Positions 24,551 through 38,120 of a stretch of DNA of 64,000 nt are shown piece by piece; the stretch's first letter is position 1, and each line of letters begins with the position of its first letter. This DNA comes from Stegostoma tigrinum. Its lineage: Eukaryota. The stretch spans positions 16,895,409 to 16,959,408 of the forward strand of contig NC_081387.1 in NCBI RefSeq assembly GCF_030684315.1, in the 5' to 3' direction. Position numbers and translations under genes: made by a program. The notes beneath the pieces were generated by a model. It saw only the letters and a program-made list of their open reading frames with translations. It searched no databases and was not told the origin of the DNA.

Positions 24551-24729
24551 GGAAAGGCTTCTTCATAATGAAAAGGAGCCAGAATGGAGTTACACTACTA
24601 TCACTGGACCCAGGCTGCTACCATTTGTGAAAGCACTTTCAGTTGAGTTTGAGCATGTGGGGAAATGGCACTTTCACTTGTGAGGCTGAGTTTTCTGAGA
24701 TAACTGTGGAACCTCAGCAGTATATGACT

Positions 24730-24985
24730 CAGGCGACTGTCTGTGTGGAGTTTGCACATTCTCCCTGTGCCTGCGTGGGTTTCCTCCCACAGTCCAAAGA
24801 CGAGCAGGCTAGGTGGATTGGCCATGCTAAGTTGTCCCATAGTGTCCAGGGAGGCTTAGGCTGGGTGGGTTAGACAGGGGAATTGCAGGGGTAGGGGAAT
24901 AGGTCTGGGTGAGATGCTCTTTGGAGGTGCGGTGTGGACTTGTTGGGCCAAATGACCCCATATCTGCAGGGATTCTATGATCTAC
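24730..24985 (+). mobile_element. 5'-truncated HE1-type SINE
   Basis: V-domain plus tail gggattctatgatct. Confidence 0.85.
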
Positions 24986-26249
24986 AATGCATAAAATCAA
25001 AAAATCATAGTTGCTTTTGGTCAAACTTTGCATCCGTTAGCATTATTTCTTCCCCTCTCTTTAAACTGCCCTTCCAGCCTGGGTGTCTATACAAAAAACA
25101 GTCTCTATTTCTCTCTGCCATTTCCCTGCTACAGCATTTCTGAGGACGGGTCACTGGACCCGAAACATTAACTCTGTCTGATTTTCGTTTCTTCACGGAT
25201 GCTGGCAGACGTACTGAGCATTTCGAGCAACTTCTGTTTTTGTTCTTGGGTCTGTTCTGCTAGTTAACACTGTTGCTAACAAGCTCTGACACCCCCTACC
25301 CCCCACCTCCACCCCCACCAACAATCCCACCTGCAAAACATTCTCCCTGCCTGTGTGGGTTACATCTGCATGCTCTGGTTCCCTCCCACAGTCCAAAGAC
25401 GTGCAGGTTAGGTGTCCACAGTGTCCCATCACTGTGGAGATTACTTACAATAGCCATGGTAAATGTGGGGTTTATGGGAATAGGGTGAATTCTTTTTGTT
25501 GTTTTGAAAAGTTGGTGCAGATTCAATGGGCTGAATAGCCTCTTTTAATCACTGTAGGGATGCTCTGAAAACTGGCATGTGTTTCCTTTGGCAGCCAAAT
25601 GTTCTAATTGCCTCTGTGGAATAATTGTATTTTTAGACTGAGTAGTAATGAGTTAAAATAATACGTGACTAGGAGCATAAAGTAGAGAAACTTTTAAGCT
25701 TTCTTAAACTGTACATATTGCTGTAACTGCAGCCTGCCTTTCCCCAGCCCGAGAAGTCATGTAGGATAGGTAGCAAAAACTTCAGGCTCACAGCATCTGT
25801 AAACTTTTATCTTCACCGAGTTCCACTTCAATTAATGTGTGTCTGGTTGCCTGAGCAATGACTTTGCTTTAGCAAGGCACAGTTTGTTTTAATCTGTTTG
25901 TACCACTGCATAAATTCTGCTTCTTTTTTGTGCTTGTCAGAGTCTTTGGACATGACCTTTTGTCAGCATTGACTCTCTGTGATAACACAAATAAAATCTT
26001 TTTGCCTTGAAGTCTGCACCTTTGGTGTGTGATTTAATCTGGTTTCTTCGACAGCCTCCCAACCTCCTTCCATAATGTTTACTATCACACCCATCAAATC
26101 TCCAGCTTCTAAATGTGCAGTAACTATCACCAACCCTCCCTCCATTTCCCTGTGCAATGTCGCTGCATTGAAAGGCCAGCCTTTGCCATCCGTAAGTCCT
26201 TTTTTGTAAATGATTTGTATTATAGTTCTGGTTCTGGCTGAAAGTTAGT

Positions 26250-26765
26250 GCACATTACAGACATCGACTTAGCCATGATTAAATGGCGGAGTGGACTCGA
26301 TGTGCCGAATGGCATTACTTTCACTCCTATGTCTTATGGTCTTAAAGTGAATGACAAATTGGCCTCTATTGCAAGGGAATTGGAAGAAAGAAGCCTTGCT
26401 GCAGTTGCATGGGGCTTTAGTGAGACCGCAGCTGGAACATTGCAGTTTTGGCCTCAATATTTAATGAGGATGTACAGATATTGGAGGCAGTAAAGCGAAG
26501 GTTCACCAGATTGATCCTGGGATGAAGAGATTACCCGATGACAAAAGGCTGATTAAATTGGGAGGATACTCTCTGAAGTTGAAACGAATGAAAGGCGATC
26601 TTATTGAAACATTTGCAATCCTCTAAGGGCTTTAAAGGATAGACGCTACAGGAGCTGTTTCTCCTGGTTGGGGAGTCTTAGAGCTGGAATCTAGGACAAG
26701 AGAGTTCTGTCTCAGTGTTGGAGGAGGCATCATTAACACTGAGACAAAGAGAAATTACTGCAAGA
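26250..26765 (+). mobile_element. Degraded CR1 fragments
   Basis: LVRPQLEH..QFWP..L and RRFTRLI motifs with frameshifts. Confidence 0.7.
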
Positions 26766-27056
26766 ACTGTGCATCTCCATCCAGAAGGGTCAGAGATTCT
26801 GTTTTTTTTTATTCCCTTTGGTTAAATTAGTTATTGCATTTAAATATTTCTTTTATTTTTCTGAATCATGTTATGGCCATCACTGGGTTATAAAGAGTCA
26901 GCTGGTGTCCAGACAAATATTTGTACAATAACACTTGCCTGTTGTGAGATTTTCTCGAACAGCTGTAATCTGATGGTGATGGCACTCCCACAATGACATG
27001 GAAGCAGTGATAGTGATAGTTTTGAAGTTTGGAAAATCAGCTAGACTTGTAAAAGA

Positions 27057-27400
27057 TGGCCTTGTGGCATTATCGCTGGACTGTTAATTCAGAGACCCAA
27101 GACAATGTTCTGGGGACCCAGCTTTGAATCTCACCACGGCAGATGGTGGAATTTGAATTCAATTAAAATATCTGGAGTTAAGAATCTAATGATGACCGTG
27201 AATCAATTGTCAATCGTCGGAAAAAAATCTCATCTAGCTCTCTAATCCTTCTTAGGGAAGGAAACTGCCATCTTTAGACGGTCTCTGTGTGATTCCAGAT
27301 CCACAGCAATGTGGTTTACTCTTAACTACCCTCTGGGCAATTAGGGAGGGGCAATAAGTGCTGCCCCGGCCAGCGACTCCCTCATCCCGTGAACGAATCA
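27057..27400 (+). mobile_element. tRNA-derived SINE (second family)
   Basis: tggccttgtggcattatcgctggactgttaattcagagaccc..tttgaatctcaccacggcag; close copy at 37070-37415. Confidence 0.8.
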
Positions 27401-28339
27401 AGGAGGAAAAAAAAATTGAAGCTGTGGCAGAAAGCCACAGCAAAATACTGCTGCAGTTGAAAATTATACAGGATGGGACCTAGAAAAAGTGTGTTGGTGA
27501 AATAGAGCTCTGCAATGATGAAGGATGGGTTGGAAGATAAACAATGTTTGAATGTGACAGAGGAGGAAACTCGCATGGGCACTGGAAACCAGGATATTGT
27601 GAGTGGGGAGGGGGGTTAGTGGCAGTAGGGATGTTGAGGATGTTCAAACTGCCCTATGTCTTTGCTGTGTCACTTTCTTCAAAAGGACGCACTCTTTTTG
27701 CAGATAATCTTCAAAGGAATAGATATTCTTCAAAGTAAGCCAATGCTGCAATTTCACCAGTGAAACTTGATTAATTGGGTTCTATGAATATTCACCAGGA
27801 TATTACAGTATGTAGTAGTAAAGGTTTTAACATCCTGCACAATCTGAGCTCACTTTTATTTTCACACATTCCTTAAATAGGACTTTTTTTAAAAATTGTT
27901 TTATGTTGATCACGAAAACTATCACACACTGGAAGAGTCTAAGTTAAATTAAGAAAGCTCAGTGCAGATCTATAAAGGCAAATTGTACTTGTCTACTGGA
28001 TTTTGTTTTTTTGTGAACTGATGAGGGGAATGCAGTAAATGGTGTCCAAATAGATTTTAATCAAAATATTTGCCAATACAACATAAAAGCCTGGTTTAAA
28101 AATGTTACCCAATTTCAGGCACACTATTTGAAGACTAGTGATCAAATGGATAAATTAAGGTTAATTCAGAAGCTATTGACTCCTTTGTTTGTCAAGAATC
28201 TATCTATCTCTCCCATAAGAATATCCCATGACCCTGCCTTCACTATTCTTCAGGGGGAAAAGAGTTCCAAAGACTCACCACCTTCTGAGAGAGAAAGAAA
28301 ATCCTTCTCGTCCATGGTGACAAACTTGTTAGTTAGCGA

Positions 28340-29110
28340 AGAGTGATGATGGTATGTACAACAGGAAATAGGCTAGTGGAAAGGCAAACAGCAGGTAAAT
28401 GTCATTTAACACAGAGAACTGGGAATGATGCATTTTGGCAGTGGGAACAGGGAGAAGCAACAGAGTGCAGGGGGAACTGAGACCTGGAGTTGTACACACG
28501 TTGATTTTTGAAACTGCCAGTCAATATTAAGGAAGTTGTAGGAAGAGCATTTGGGATCTTGAATTCATTCAGTCAAGGCATTGAGTACCAAACTAGGAAA
28601 ATCTTGCTGAAAATTTTTATAAACCTCTTGCTAAGCTCCAACTTATGGAGTATGGAGTCCTTTTGGAGTCACTTCACTTGAAGAACAATGTGAGAATTCT
28701 TGAGACAGTGCAGAGGAGATCTCCCCAGAATGATCGTGGGGCATGTGATATTTTAGTGGCAAGAGTGGGTTGAAAAGATGTGGGTCATTCTTGAGGTAAA
28801 AGGGTTTGAGAATAAATATGCCTGTTCAAGGTTATGACAAACTGAGATAAAGGGGAACCAGGATGAGCTGTTCCCATGGCCCTAATGATAAAAAGATTAG
28901 GAGACACATCTAAGATTTTGGACAAGTGGGGTGTGAGTATTACCTTTGTTTCAGTGTAATGAGTGGAACTCACTGCTCCCTGGAGAGGTACAAAAAAAAG
29001 ATGATTTTAAAGGGAAATTGAATAGGTCCACAAAGGAAGCAAATGTACAGGTCAACAAGGATTGGAAAGGGGAAGGGAGCTGACTGGGTTACTTTGCATG
29101 ACCTGGTCTA
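28340..29110 (+). mobile_element. Old CR1 LINE fragment
   Basis: Heavily decayed ORF2 3' half. Confidence 0.6.
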
Positions 29111-29715
29111 GGCTGGGGCTGTAATTGGTTCCATGACTGTGGCTTTTCATGTTACATATTTGAGACGTTCTATCACTGGCAAAGCTGGCATTTACTTCCC
29201 ATTTCACGTTGCCATTCAGAAGGTGATGGTGTGTCGCTTTCTTGAAATAGGGTAATCCATATGTTAAGAGTGCATCAATAGAGTTTTTTTTCATTCATTC
29301 ATAGTATTGGTGACGAGGCCAGCATTTATTGCCCAGAGGGTTGTTCAGAATCAACCACATTGCTCTGAGTCATATGGAGGCTCATTATAGCAGTTTACCT
29401 TTCTCGAGAGCATTAGTGATCCAGATTGGCTCTTCCTCCAGGACATCATTAGACTTTTAATTTTAAGTCTCAGATTTTTATTGAATTCAAATTCCACTGC
29501 TTGGCATGGTTTGGGAATCTGAAAGGTGTTTCAGTGAGTTACTATAGGTTTGGGGGTTGGGTGTGTTGCTTTGTATTAAGCAAACCTAAGATGCTTTTCA
29601 TGTTGTAGGTCGATTTGAGTGGGTGTATCTAAGGTTTGTTTAATACGTCCCCAACAGTAATGTGACCCTTTGATCTTTTACTGAGAAATTCTGCGTCTGA
29701 TGCCGCCTCTTCCAC

Positions 29716-29756
29716 GAACACCTGAAGAAGGAGTGAGGCTCCGAAAGCTTGTGTTT
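29716..29756 (+). ncRNA. Minimal type-I hammerhead ribozyme in a PLE terminal repeat (third family, about 29620-29810)
   Basis: GAACAC-CTGAAGA-A-GGAG-tgagg-CTCC-GAAAG-CTT-GTGTTT: 6-bp helix I, 4-bp helix II, palindromic AAGCTT helix III. Confidence 0.8.
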
Positions 29757-30471
29757 TCAGACAAACATGTTGGCCTATAACTTGGTGTGGTGTGATTCCT
29801 GACCTTGCTTTCCCCCCCGCCAGAGGAGCCAGTGCCTGAGCTGGGAGGTGTGCAATGTACACATTTGTTTTTCTGGGCACAGTGTGCGGTGATGGCATCG
29901 CCTGAATCTATCACTGTGAGAGCAGCAAACCATTCTCCAGGGACCCCGATATCCACAGGTGGCTGGGGGCAACAGCTCCGCAAAATTCTCAAACTGTGCC
30001 CTCCTGGGGGCAAGCCTCATACCCCTGGAACCCACCCCACCCCATCCCATCCCCAGTTTGAAACTGGCGCCAGCCTGCAGCATATGTCACTTCCCCTCCA
30101 GGCCAGTGCGAAAGGCAGATGTGAACGGTGATTAGGAAGTCAGACTGCAGCCTTTGTGCTTCCCTCAGTGACCACCCGAAGGTTGCAGGAACAGCAACTC
30201 AATTCCGCTTGGGAACCCTGCAGCCCAATGGTATAATGTGGATTTCACAAGCTTCAAAATCTCCACTCCCCCCACTGCATCCCAAAACCAGCCTAGCCTG
30301 TCCCTGCCTCCCTAGCCTGTTCTTCCTCCCTCCCATCCCCTCCTCCCACCCCCATCTCCCACCTACTAACCTCATCCCGCCCCCTTGAACAGTCCGTCCT
30401 GCCGGGACTGACCTATCCCCTCCCTACACTCTCCTCTCCACCTATCTTCTCTATCCATCTTCTCTCGGCCT

Positions 30472-31945
30472 CCAAGATAATAAATTGTGAGGCTGGATGA
30501 ACACAGCAGACCAAGCAGCATCTCAGGAGCACAAAAGCTGACGTTTCGGGCCTGGACCCTTCATCAGAGAGGGGGATGGGGAGAGGGAACTGGAATAAAT
30601 AGGGAGAGAGGGGGAGGCGGACCGAAGATGGAGAGTAAAGAAGATAGGTGCAGAGAGTATAGGTGGGGAGGTAGGGAGGGGATAGGCCAGTCCAGGGAAG
30701 ACGGACAGGTCAAGGAGGTGGGATGAGGTTAGTAGGTAGATGGGGGTGCGGCTTGGGGTGGGAGGAAGGGATGGGTGAGAGGAAGAACCGGTTATGGAGG
30801 CAGAGACAGGTTGGACTGGTATTGGGATGCAGTGGGTGGGGGGGAAGAGCTGGGCTGGTTGTGTGGTGCAGTGGGGGGAGGGGACGAACTGGGCTGGTTT
30901 GGGGATGCAGTAGGGGAAGGGGAGATTTTGAAACTGGTGAAGTCCACATTGATACCATTAGGCTGTAGGGTTCCCAGGCGGAATATGAGTTGCTGTTCCT
31001 GCAACCTTCGGGTGGCATCATTGTGGCACTGCAGGAGGCCCATGATGGACATGTCATCAAGAGAATGGGAGGGGGAGTGGAAATGGTTTGCGACTGGGAG
31101 GTGCAGTTGTTTGTTGCGAACTGAGCGGAGGTGTTCTGCAAAGTGGTCTCCAAGCCTCCACTTGGTTTCCCTAATGTAGAGGAAACCACACCGGGTACAG
31201 TGGATGCAGTATACCACATTGGCAGATGTGCAGGTGAACCTCTGCTTAATGTGGAATGTCATCTTGGGGCCTGGGATAGGGGTGAGGGAGGAGGTGTGGG
31301 GGCAAGTGTAGCATTTCCTGCGGTTGCAGGGGAAGGTGCTGGGTGTGGTGGGGTTGGAGGGCAGTGTGGAGCGAACAAGGGAGTCACGGAGAGAGTGGTC
31401 TCTCCGGAAAGCAGACAGGGGTGGGGATGGAAAAATGTCTTGGGTGGTGGGGTCGGATTGTAAATGGCCCCTACTGCATCCCTAAACCAGCCCAGTTCGT
31501 CCCCTCCCCCCACTGCACCACACAACCAGCCCAGCTCTTACCCCCACCCACTGCAACCCAAAACCAGTCCAACCTGTCTCTGCCTCCCTAACCGGTTCTT
31601 CCTCTCACCCATCCCTTCCTCCCACCCAAAGCCGCACCCCCATCTACCTACTAACCTCATCCCACCTCCTTGACATGTCCGTCTTCCCTGGACTGACCGA
31701 TCCCCTCCCTACCTCCCCACCTATACTGTCTCCACCTATCTTCTTTACTCTCCATCTTCGGTCTGCCTCCCCCCCTCTCCCTATTTATTCTAGTTCCCTC
31801 TCCCCATCCCCCTCTCTGATGAAGGGTCTAGGCCCGAAACGTCAGCTTTTGTGCTCCTGAGATGCTGCTTGGCCTGCTGTGTTCATCCAGCCTCACGTTT
31901 TATTATCTTGGAATTCTCCAGCATCTGCAGTTCCCATTATCTCTG
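30472..31945 (-). mobile_element. Neptune-type Penelope element: 5'-truncated GIY-YIG end plus inverted terminal repeat, nested in an older PLE copy (30170-32090)
   Basis: Minus strand reads AFRRDHSLRDSLVRS..FPCNRRKCYTCPH (Cys linker), then NVVYCIHCTRCGFLYIRETKWRL..EH..HF..RLQEQQLIFRLGTLQPNGIN. The segment 31468-31915 is the reverse complement of 30472-30925. Confidence 0.92.
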
Positions 31946-32734
31946 ATTCTCTCCGCCTCCTCTCGCTATTTATTTCAGAACCCCGTTCCTCTACCCCATT
32001 TCAAGAAGTGTCTCGGCCCGAAAGGCCAGCTTTGCTGCTCCTCTGCCTGCTGTGTTCATCTAGCTCCACGCTTTGTTCTCTCGGATTGGAGAGACACTGG
32101 GCTTCCCTAACACAAACAGCTGTATGTTCCGGCGGACGATCGGGCGAGTTTGTGAACCGTTCGCCCGCGGCCTGAAGGGCTTCGATCGGGTTAAAGGGGC
32201 GAATTAAAACTCTTCTGTCTCAAAGAAGCCGAGAAACTTCAGCAAGTCCAGCATACTTTCTGAAGGAGTGTCTCGGCCCGAATCGTCAGCCTTCCTGTTC
32301 CTCTGATGCTGCTTGGCCTGCTGTGTTCATCCAGCTCTGCATCTTGTTACCTCAGATTCTCCAGCATCGAGAGAGAGAGAGGTAAAGTTTCGGGTCCGGC
32401 GTAACTCAGATGGTTATGACTCCAGGGTGGAAAAGTGATATCCTTTGGGTTCATTTAATCAGTGCAGAAAAATAGGCGCTGGCTGAAGTCAGGTTTGTAA
32501 TGCGGCGGAAAATGATCGCTATTACATGATAAAACACGCAGTAACTATATGTAATACTTATATAAACAATTACACCGTAAGGACCGGTGTTGTGTAAGCA
32601 GAATTGTGTCATCAGTAATTCCAACACAGTTTTGAACTGAATGAGGGGGGAAAAAAATCCCTGGTTACTTTTAGAATCTGATTCCACTTTTAGGATTGCT
32701 AAGAGGGGCCAGGAGATGTCAGAAGCGTATTTTT

Positions 32735-33015
32735 GTAGAGATAGTAGGAACTGCCGATGCTGGAGAATCTGAGAACAATCTCTGAAGGGTCTAGGCCCGA
32801 AACGTCACCTTTTGTGCTCCTGAGATGCTGCTGGGCCTGCTGTGTTTATCCAGCCTCACATTTTATTAACAAGGTGTAGAGCTGGATGAACGTAGCATCA
32901 GAGGTGCAGGGTTTCGGGTTTTGAAGAAGAGTCCAGGCCCGAAACAGTTTTGCTGCTCCTCTGATGCTGCCTGGCCTGCTGAATTCATCCAGCTCTGCAC
33001 TTTGTTGTCTCTATG
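32735..33015. mobile_element. Scrambled or nested PLE terminal repeats
   Basis: Several partial copies of gatgctg..gctggatgaac.. in both orientations. Confidence 0.75.
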
Positions 33016-33239
33016 TTTTTGTGGTTAGAGTATCGGAGCAGAGGCGGATAAACTGAGTCGGCATGCAATTAGCCACTGCGGCTTTTCGCCTACTCCTGCT
33101 TTATTCTCCGCCTTCCCAAACACCCTGAATAACTAACCACAGCTGGCAGACTCTATAGAGATTTCTATAGAAAGAGAGTGTGATAACTGTGCAGTGGTGT
33201 AACTGTGACCTCAGTAATCATGTGGTAGAGATTCTGCTA

Positions 33240-34215
33240 AATACTAGGAGCACAGCTTTTCACAATACGTATTAATGATTTGGATGAGGGAACAAAATGG
33301 AGCATCTCCAAGTTTCCAGAGGATACCAAGGTGGGTGGGAGGGTGAACTGTAAGGGTGCAGAGATCTATCAGCATGATCTTGACATGTGAGTGGGCAGAT
33401 CAATGACAGATGCAGTATAATATGGATAAATGTGAAATCATTTACTTTGGAAGTGAAAACAAGACAGCAGATTACTACCAGAATGGCTGTAAATTGGGAG
33501 AGGGGAGTGTGCAGTGGGACCTGGGTGTTCTTATGTCCCAGTCGCTGAAGGTAAGCATGCAGGTGCCAGCAGGCAGTAAAGAAGGCAAATGGTACGTTAG
33601 CCTTCATTGTGAGATGTTTCAAGTACAGGAGCAGGGATGTGTTGTTGCAGTTATACAGGACCTTGGTGAGTCCACCCCTGGAATACTGTGTGCAGTTTTG
33701 GTCTCCTCTTCTGAGGAGGGATGCTCTTGCTCTCACAGGAATGCTGGGAAGGTGTGCCAGGCTGATTCCGGGGATGGCAGGACTGACATATGAGGACAGA
33801 TTGACTAGGTTAAGATTGTTTCTGCTAGGGTTCAGATGAATGAGGCGGGAATGTCATAGAATTTCATAAATATCTAACAGGCCTATACAGTTTGGATGCA
33901 GGGAGGATGTTCCCAAAGGTGGGTGTGACCAGAAATAGGGATCAGTGTTAGGATGCAGGGTAGGCCATTTAGGATAGAGATGAGGAGTCATTTCTTCACC
34001 CGAAGAGCAGTGAGCCTGTGGAATTCATTGCCTCAGGAAGTATTTGTTGCCAAAGCATTGAGTGTATTCAAGAGGCAGCTGGATGTAGCACTTGGAGTGA
34101 ATAGGATCGAAGGTTATGTGGAGAAAGCAGGATTAGGCTCCTGAGTTGACGATCAGCCATGATTGTGATGAACAGCAGAGCAGGGCTGAATGGCCTCCTC
34201 CTGCTACTATCTTCT
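33240..34215 (+). mobile_element. CR1 LINE 3' ~1 kb
   Basis: INDLDEG..SKF.DTK, MQYNMDKCEIIYFG, LLQLYRTLVSPPLEYCVQFWSP, FFTRRAVSLWNSLP. Confidence 0.9.
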
Positions 34216-35574
34216 GTCTTTCTATGTTAGAGTGGAGATGCTGTACCAGAGAAACGCTTTCAGGATGACCCCACTCTGAAATGGAACGGACAGAAAAGAA
34301 CAGGCAGACATTGTGAACGTAGGATAAGTCACACTCCCTGTATGTTTTTCTGATCCTTCAACAGTGTCACGCTGTTGTCTCATGGTCAGCTTCAACAGAC
34401 AGACACAATGTGGACATGTTATCCAAGCCTGGCGCAGGATTGAGGGCTGTGCAGCACATTGGAGCTGCAGATATTTTGAATCAACCTGTTCAGTTGTATT
34501 GTAACACAACACTGTAGTTGAACCTAGACCTTCAGGACCAGAGGCAGGGACACTAAGACCATGGCACAAGATGCTGGAACTAGTCTGGAGTGGAAGCCAG
34601 CACCGTAGGCGAGAACAGCAACTGAACCCATGTCCTTGGCATTGCTAATATCACACTTGAGCAGTCTGAATGGCCACTGCAATAGATGACCTCCAACTAC
34701 TCATTCAAAAATCAAGTTCACATGCGAAGGGTTTTCCGAACCTACTGCCCGAGTTGGGGTCAGGGTGAACGATAAATTAGACTTGGAAATCTTTAAGTTC
34801 TGCTTGAGAAACTGAGCACATTTGGAGAATTGATCCAGCTGGTGGAAAATAGCTTCTCCTGCTGGGAATGGTGCTGAGGATGGACTAAACATGGAAGTTG
34901 AGGACAAGATGTTTGTCACAAAGCATCCTAAATTAATTGAGTGAACCAGCTTTGAATGGAACTATTCAGCCCATCCCACCTGTACCAACGTGGACAGATT
35001 TACCTCATTGTTCCCAGTCTCCTGCATACCCTGGTACTTACTTACTCTTCCAAGTGATTATCCAGTTCATTTTGAAACTTCCTGATCAATCTGTTTCCAC
35101 AGTCACTTAGGCTGTGGCACAGAATATAGTGACACATTTCATAACTTTTTTTCTCATTGTTGCTACAAGTTCTTTCCATGCTGACCTTGCATCAATGCCC
35201 TTGTGTGCCCAATCCTTCCGTTCATAGAATATTTTACTGTCTGTTTACTGTATAAGACTATTCAGGATTTGAAACACCTCTATCAAATTGCACTTGACTT
35301 CCTCTGCCACCAGCTCCCCCAGTCTGGCCATATAAATAAAACCCTTCATCCCTGGCACAATGTCAATAAATTATTTCTGCACCTCGCCATGAGTGTGACT
35401 CTCCACTTAAAGTGTGGTGCCTGGTATCGAACAGAATATTTTAGCTGATGCCTGATTTTTAGTAAAGTTTAGCACAACTTCCTTACAAGAATATTCATGG
35501 ACTGTTGCTTTTGTAATGAAGCATATTTTTTTGAGTAGCCGTCTTCAAATATTTGTTTGATCTTTCATTCATTC

Positions 35575-37030
35575 TGGGATATAGGCAAGTCAGGATGAAG
35601 TGTGACTTAGAGGGGAATTTTGAGGTCGTAATTGTCCTATATCTCTGCCACCCTTATCCTTACAGTTGTTAGACACGAGTTTGGAGTGTGCTGTTGAAGG
35701 AACCTGGTGAATTACTGCGGTCCATCTTACCCATGGCACACACTGCTGCGACTGTGCATTGATGGTGCAGGGATTGAATGTCAAAGGTGGTGGGTGTGGT
35801 GCTAAACTGCTTTGCCCTGGATAGCATCGAGCTTTGGGTGTTGTGGCTGCATCCACCCAGGAGTGCCTTTGATCACTTCCCTGACTTGTGCCCTGTAGAT
35901 GTTGGACAGATAAACACTGGGGAGACGGTGGGTGAGTTACTAGAACTCTTAGCCTTTGAACTACTTTCATGGCTTAAAGGGCACAAGGTTGGCCCAGTTT
36001 GGTTTCTGATCAGTGATAACTGTAAGGATATTGATAATTGAGAATTCGTGGACGTCAATAGAGTGTGGTTAGATACACTCTTGTTGGAAATTATCATTGC
36101 TTGGCATGAATATTACTTGCTACTTGCCAACCCAAGTGTGGATGTTTTGCAAATCTTGCTGCGTGTGGACATGAACTCCTTCAGTGTCTGAGGAGACACA
36201 AATGATCATAGATCATAGAATCCCTACAGTATGGAAACACTGTTCGGCCCAACATGTCCACACCAACCCAAGCAGCATCCCACCCAGACCCATCCCCATA
36301 TAACCCACCTAATGTACACATCCCTGAGCACTACAGGCAATTTAACATTCCAATCCACCAAACCTGCACATCTTTGGACTGTGGGAGGAAGCCGAAGCAC
36401 CTGGAGGAAATCCATGCGGACACTGGGACAATGTGCAAACTCCACACAGACAGTCATCCGAGGGTGGAATTGAACCTGGGTCCCTAGTGCTATGAGGCAG
36501 CAGAGCTGACCACTGAGCCACCGTGCCACCCAATGAGCCTATGAATGGTTCAGAACATCGTAGCCACATAATGGACACACCAGCTCTGTTGTTCTGATGA
36601 AGTGAAGGGTCAACAGTTTGTTTCTGTCAGTCGGCTCGTATTGCTTCATAACGTTTCATTTACCAAAATGTATCACGTCACATTTCAATGTTAAATTTTA
36701 TCTGCCATGTTTCCATTGATAAGACTGTAGTTGGCCAAATTGGATTTGTCCTGCTCTTTGTGTACAGGACATAGCTGAGCAATATTGTTAGGTAGGTGCC
36801 TGTGTGGTAGCTGTCCTGGAATAGTTTGATGTGGCTTGTAGCTAGTTCTGGAGCCCAGGTTTTCAGTATTCTTATCAGAATGTTGTCTGGCTCCAAAGCC
36901 TTCATAATACTGAGTGCTTTCAACTGCTGCTTGATATCATGTAGAGTGAATTGAATTGGCTGAAGGCTAGCAACTGTGATGCTGGAGAACTTTTGGAGGA
37001 GGCCAAGGTAGATCACTGTCTCCGTATTTC
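35575..37030 (-). mobile_element. Degraded CR1-clade LINE with nested HE1 SINE (36205-36531, -)
   Basis: LQPIQFTLHDIKQQLKAL..KALEPDNI..LKTWAPELA (pre-RT region); full-length SINE inside. Confidence 0.75.
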
Positions 37031-37069
37031 TGGCTGAAACTGAAATATTTTGCCCAGTTGTTGGTATGC

Positions 37070-37415
37070 ATGGCCTAGTGGTATTATCGCTGGACTGTTA
37101 ATCCAGAGACCCAAGTGAAGTTCTAGGGACCTGGGTTTGAATCCCGCCACAGCAGATGATTGGATTTGAATTCAATAAGTATCTGGAATTAAGAGTCAAT
37201 TGATGACCAAGAATCCATTGCCAATTGTCAGGAAAAAACCATCTGGTTCAGTAACGTCGTCTCGGGAAGGAAACTGCCATCCTTACCTGGTCTGGCCTAC
37301 ATGTGACTCAGAGCCACAGCAATGTGGTTGGCTCATAACTGCCCTCTGAGCAATTAGGGATGGGCAATAAATGCTGCCTGGCCAATGATGTCCTCATCCC
37401 TTGAATGAATAAAAA
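37070..37415 (+). mobile_element. tRNA-derived SINE (second family)
   Basis: Head tggcctagtggtattatcgctggactg..ctgggtttgaatccc; tail catcccttgaatgaataaaaaaaa. Confidence 0.82.
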
Positions 37416-37844
37416 AAATTCATATTAGACTTTCACATCATTGAGGATGGGCGTATTTGTGAATTCTCCTCCTCCTCTTAGTTGTTCAGTTGTCCATGAC
37501 TAATCAGACTCAGTGTTTTAGGACTGCAGAGCTCATGTCTGATCTGTTGGGTGTGGAATCATTGTGGTCTGTCCATCACATATTGTTTCTGTAGTTTGGC
37601 AAGCCCTGTGTTGTAGCTTCATCAAGTTGATATCTTTTTAAAGTTTTCCTTGGTCTGCTCTGGGCATACCCTTTACACTTCTCTGAATTGGGTTGATCTC
37701 TTGACTGGATGCTAATGGTGAAGTGGCTACAAGCTGGACCTATATATTGCATTTATTACTGCACTTGCTATGAGCTTATGATGTTCTAAAACACTCTATA
37801 GCATCAAAGTACTTCTGAATTAAAGTCACTGGTGTAAATAGGAA

Positions 37845-38120
37845 GTAGCGAGTTTTGAGAAGATTTGTAGCTCAGGTTGAGAATTCCTAGAGGTATGTCA
37901 TTCCAACCGGAACTCAACAAACACATTGATCTGGAGCCCATCTACCATCCTCTGAGAAAAAGAACAGGAAATGACATCACCAACCCAAGGAAACCTAAAT
38001 GGATAGAAAGCGGGACATAACACCAGCGCTTCACCAGAGGCTCACTGATGTTACCTAGGATGGTGACGAAACGTCTGAAAACGAAACTTCCAGCTTAGCG
38101 AGCAAACTCGCATCCAGAAT
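37845..38120 (+). mobile_element. Poseidon-type PLE 3' fragment with broken hammerhead
   Basis: EFLEVCHSNRNS..KHIDLEPIYHPLRKRTG; tcactgatgttacctaggatggtgacgaaacgtctga at 38042-38078. Confidence 0.78.
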
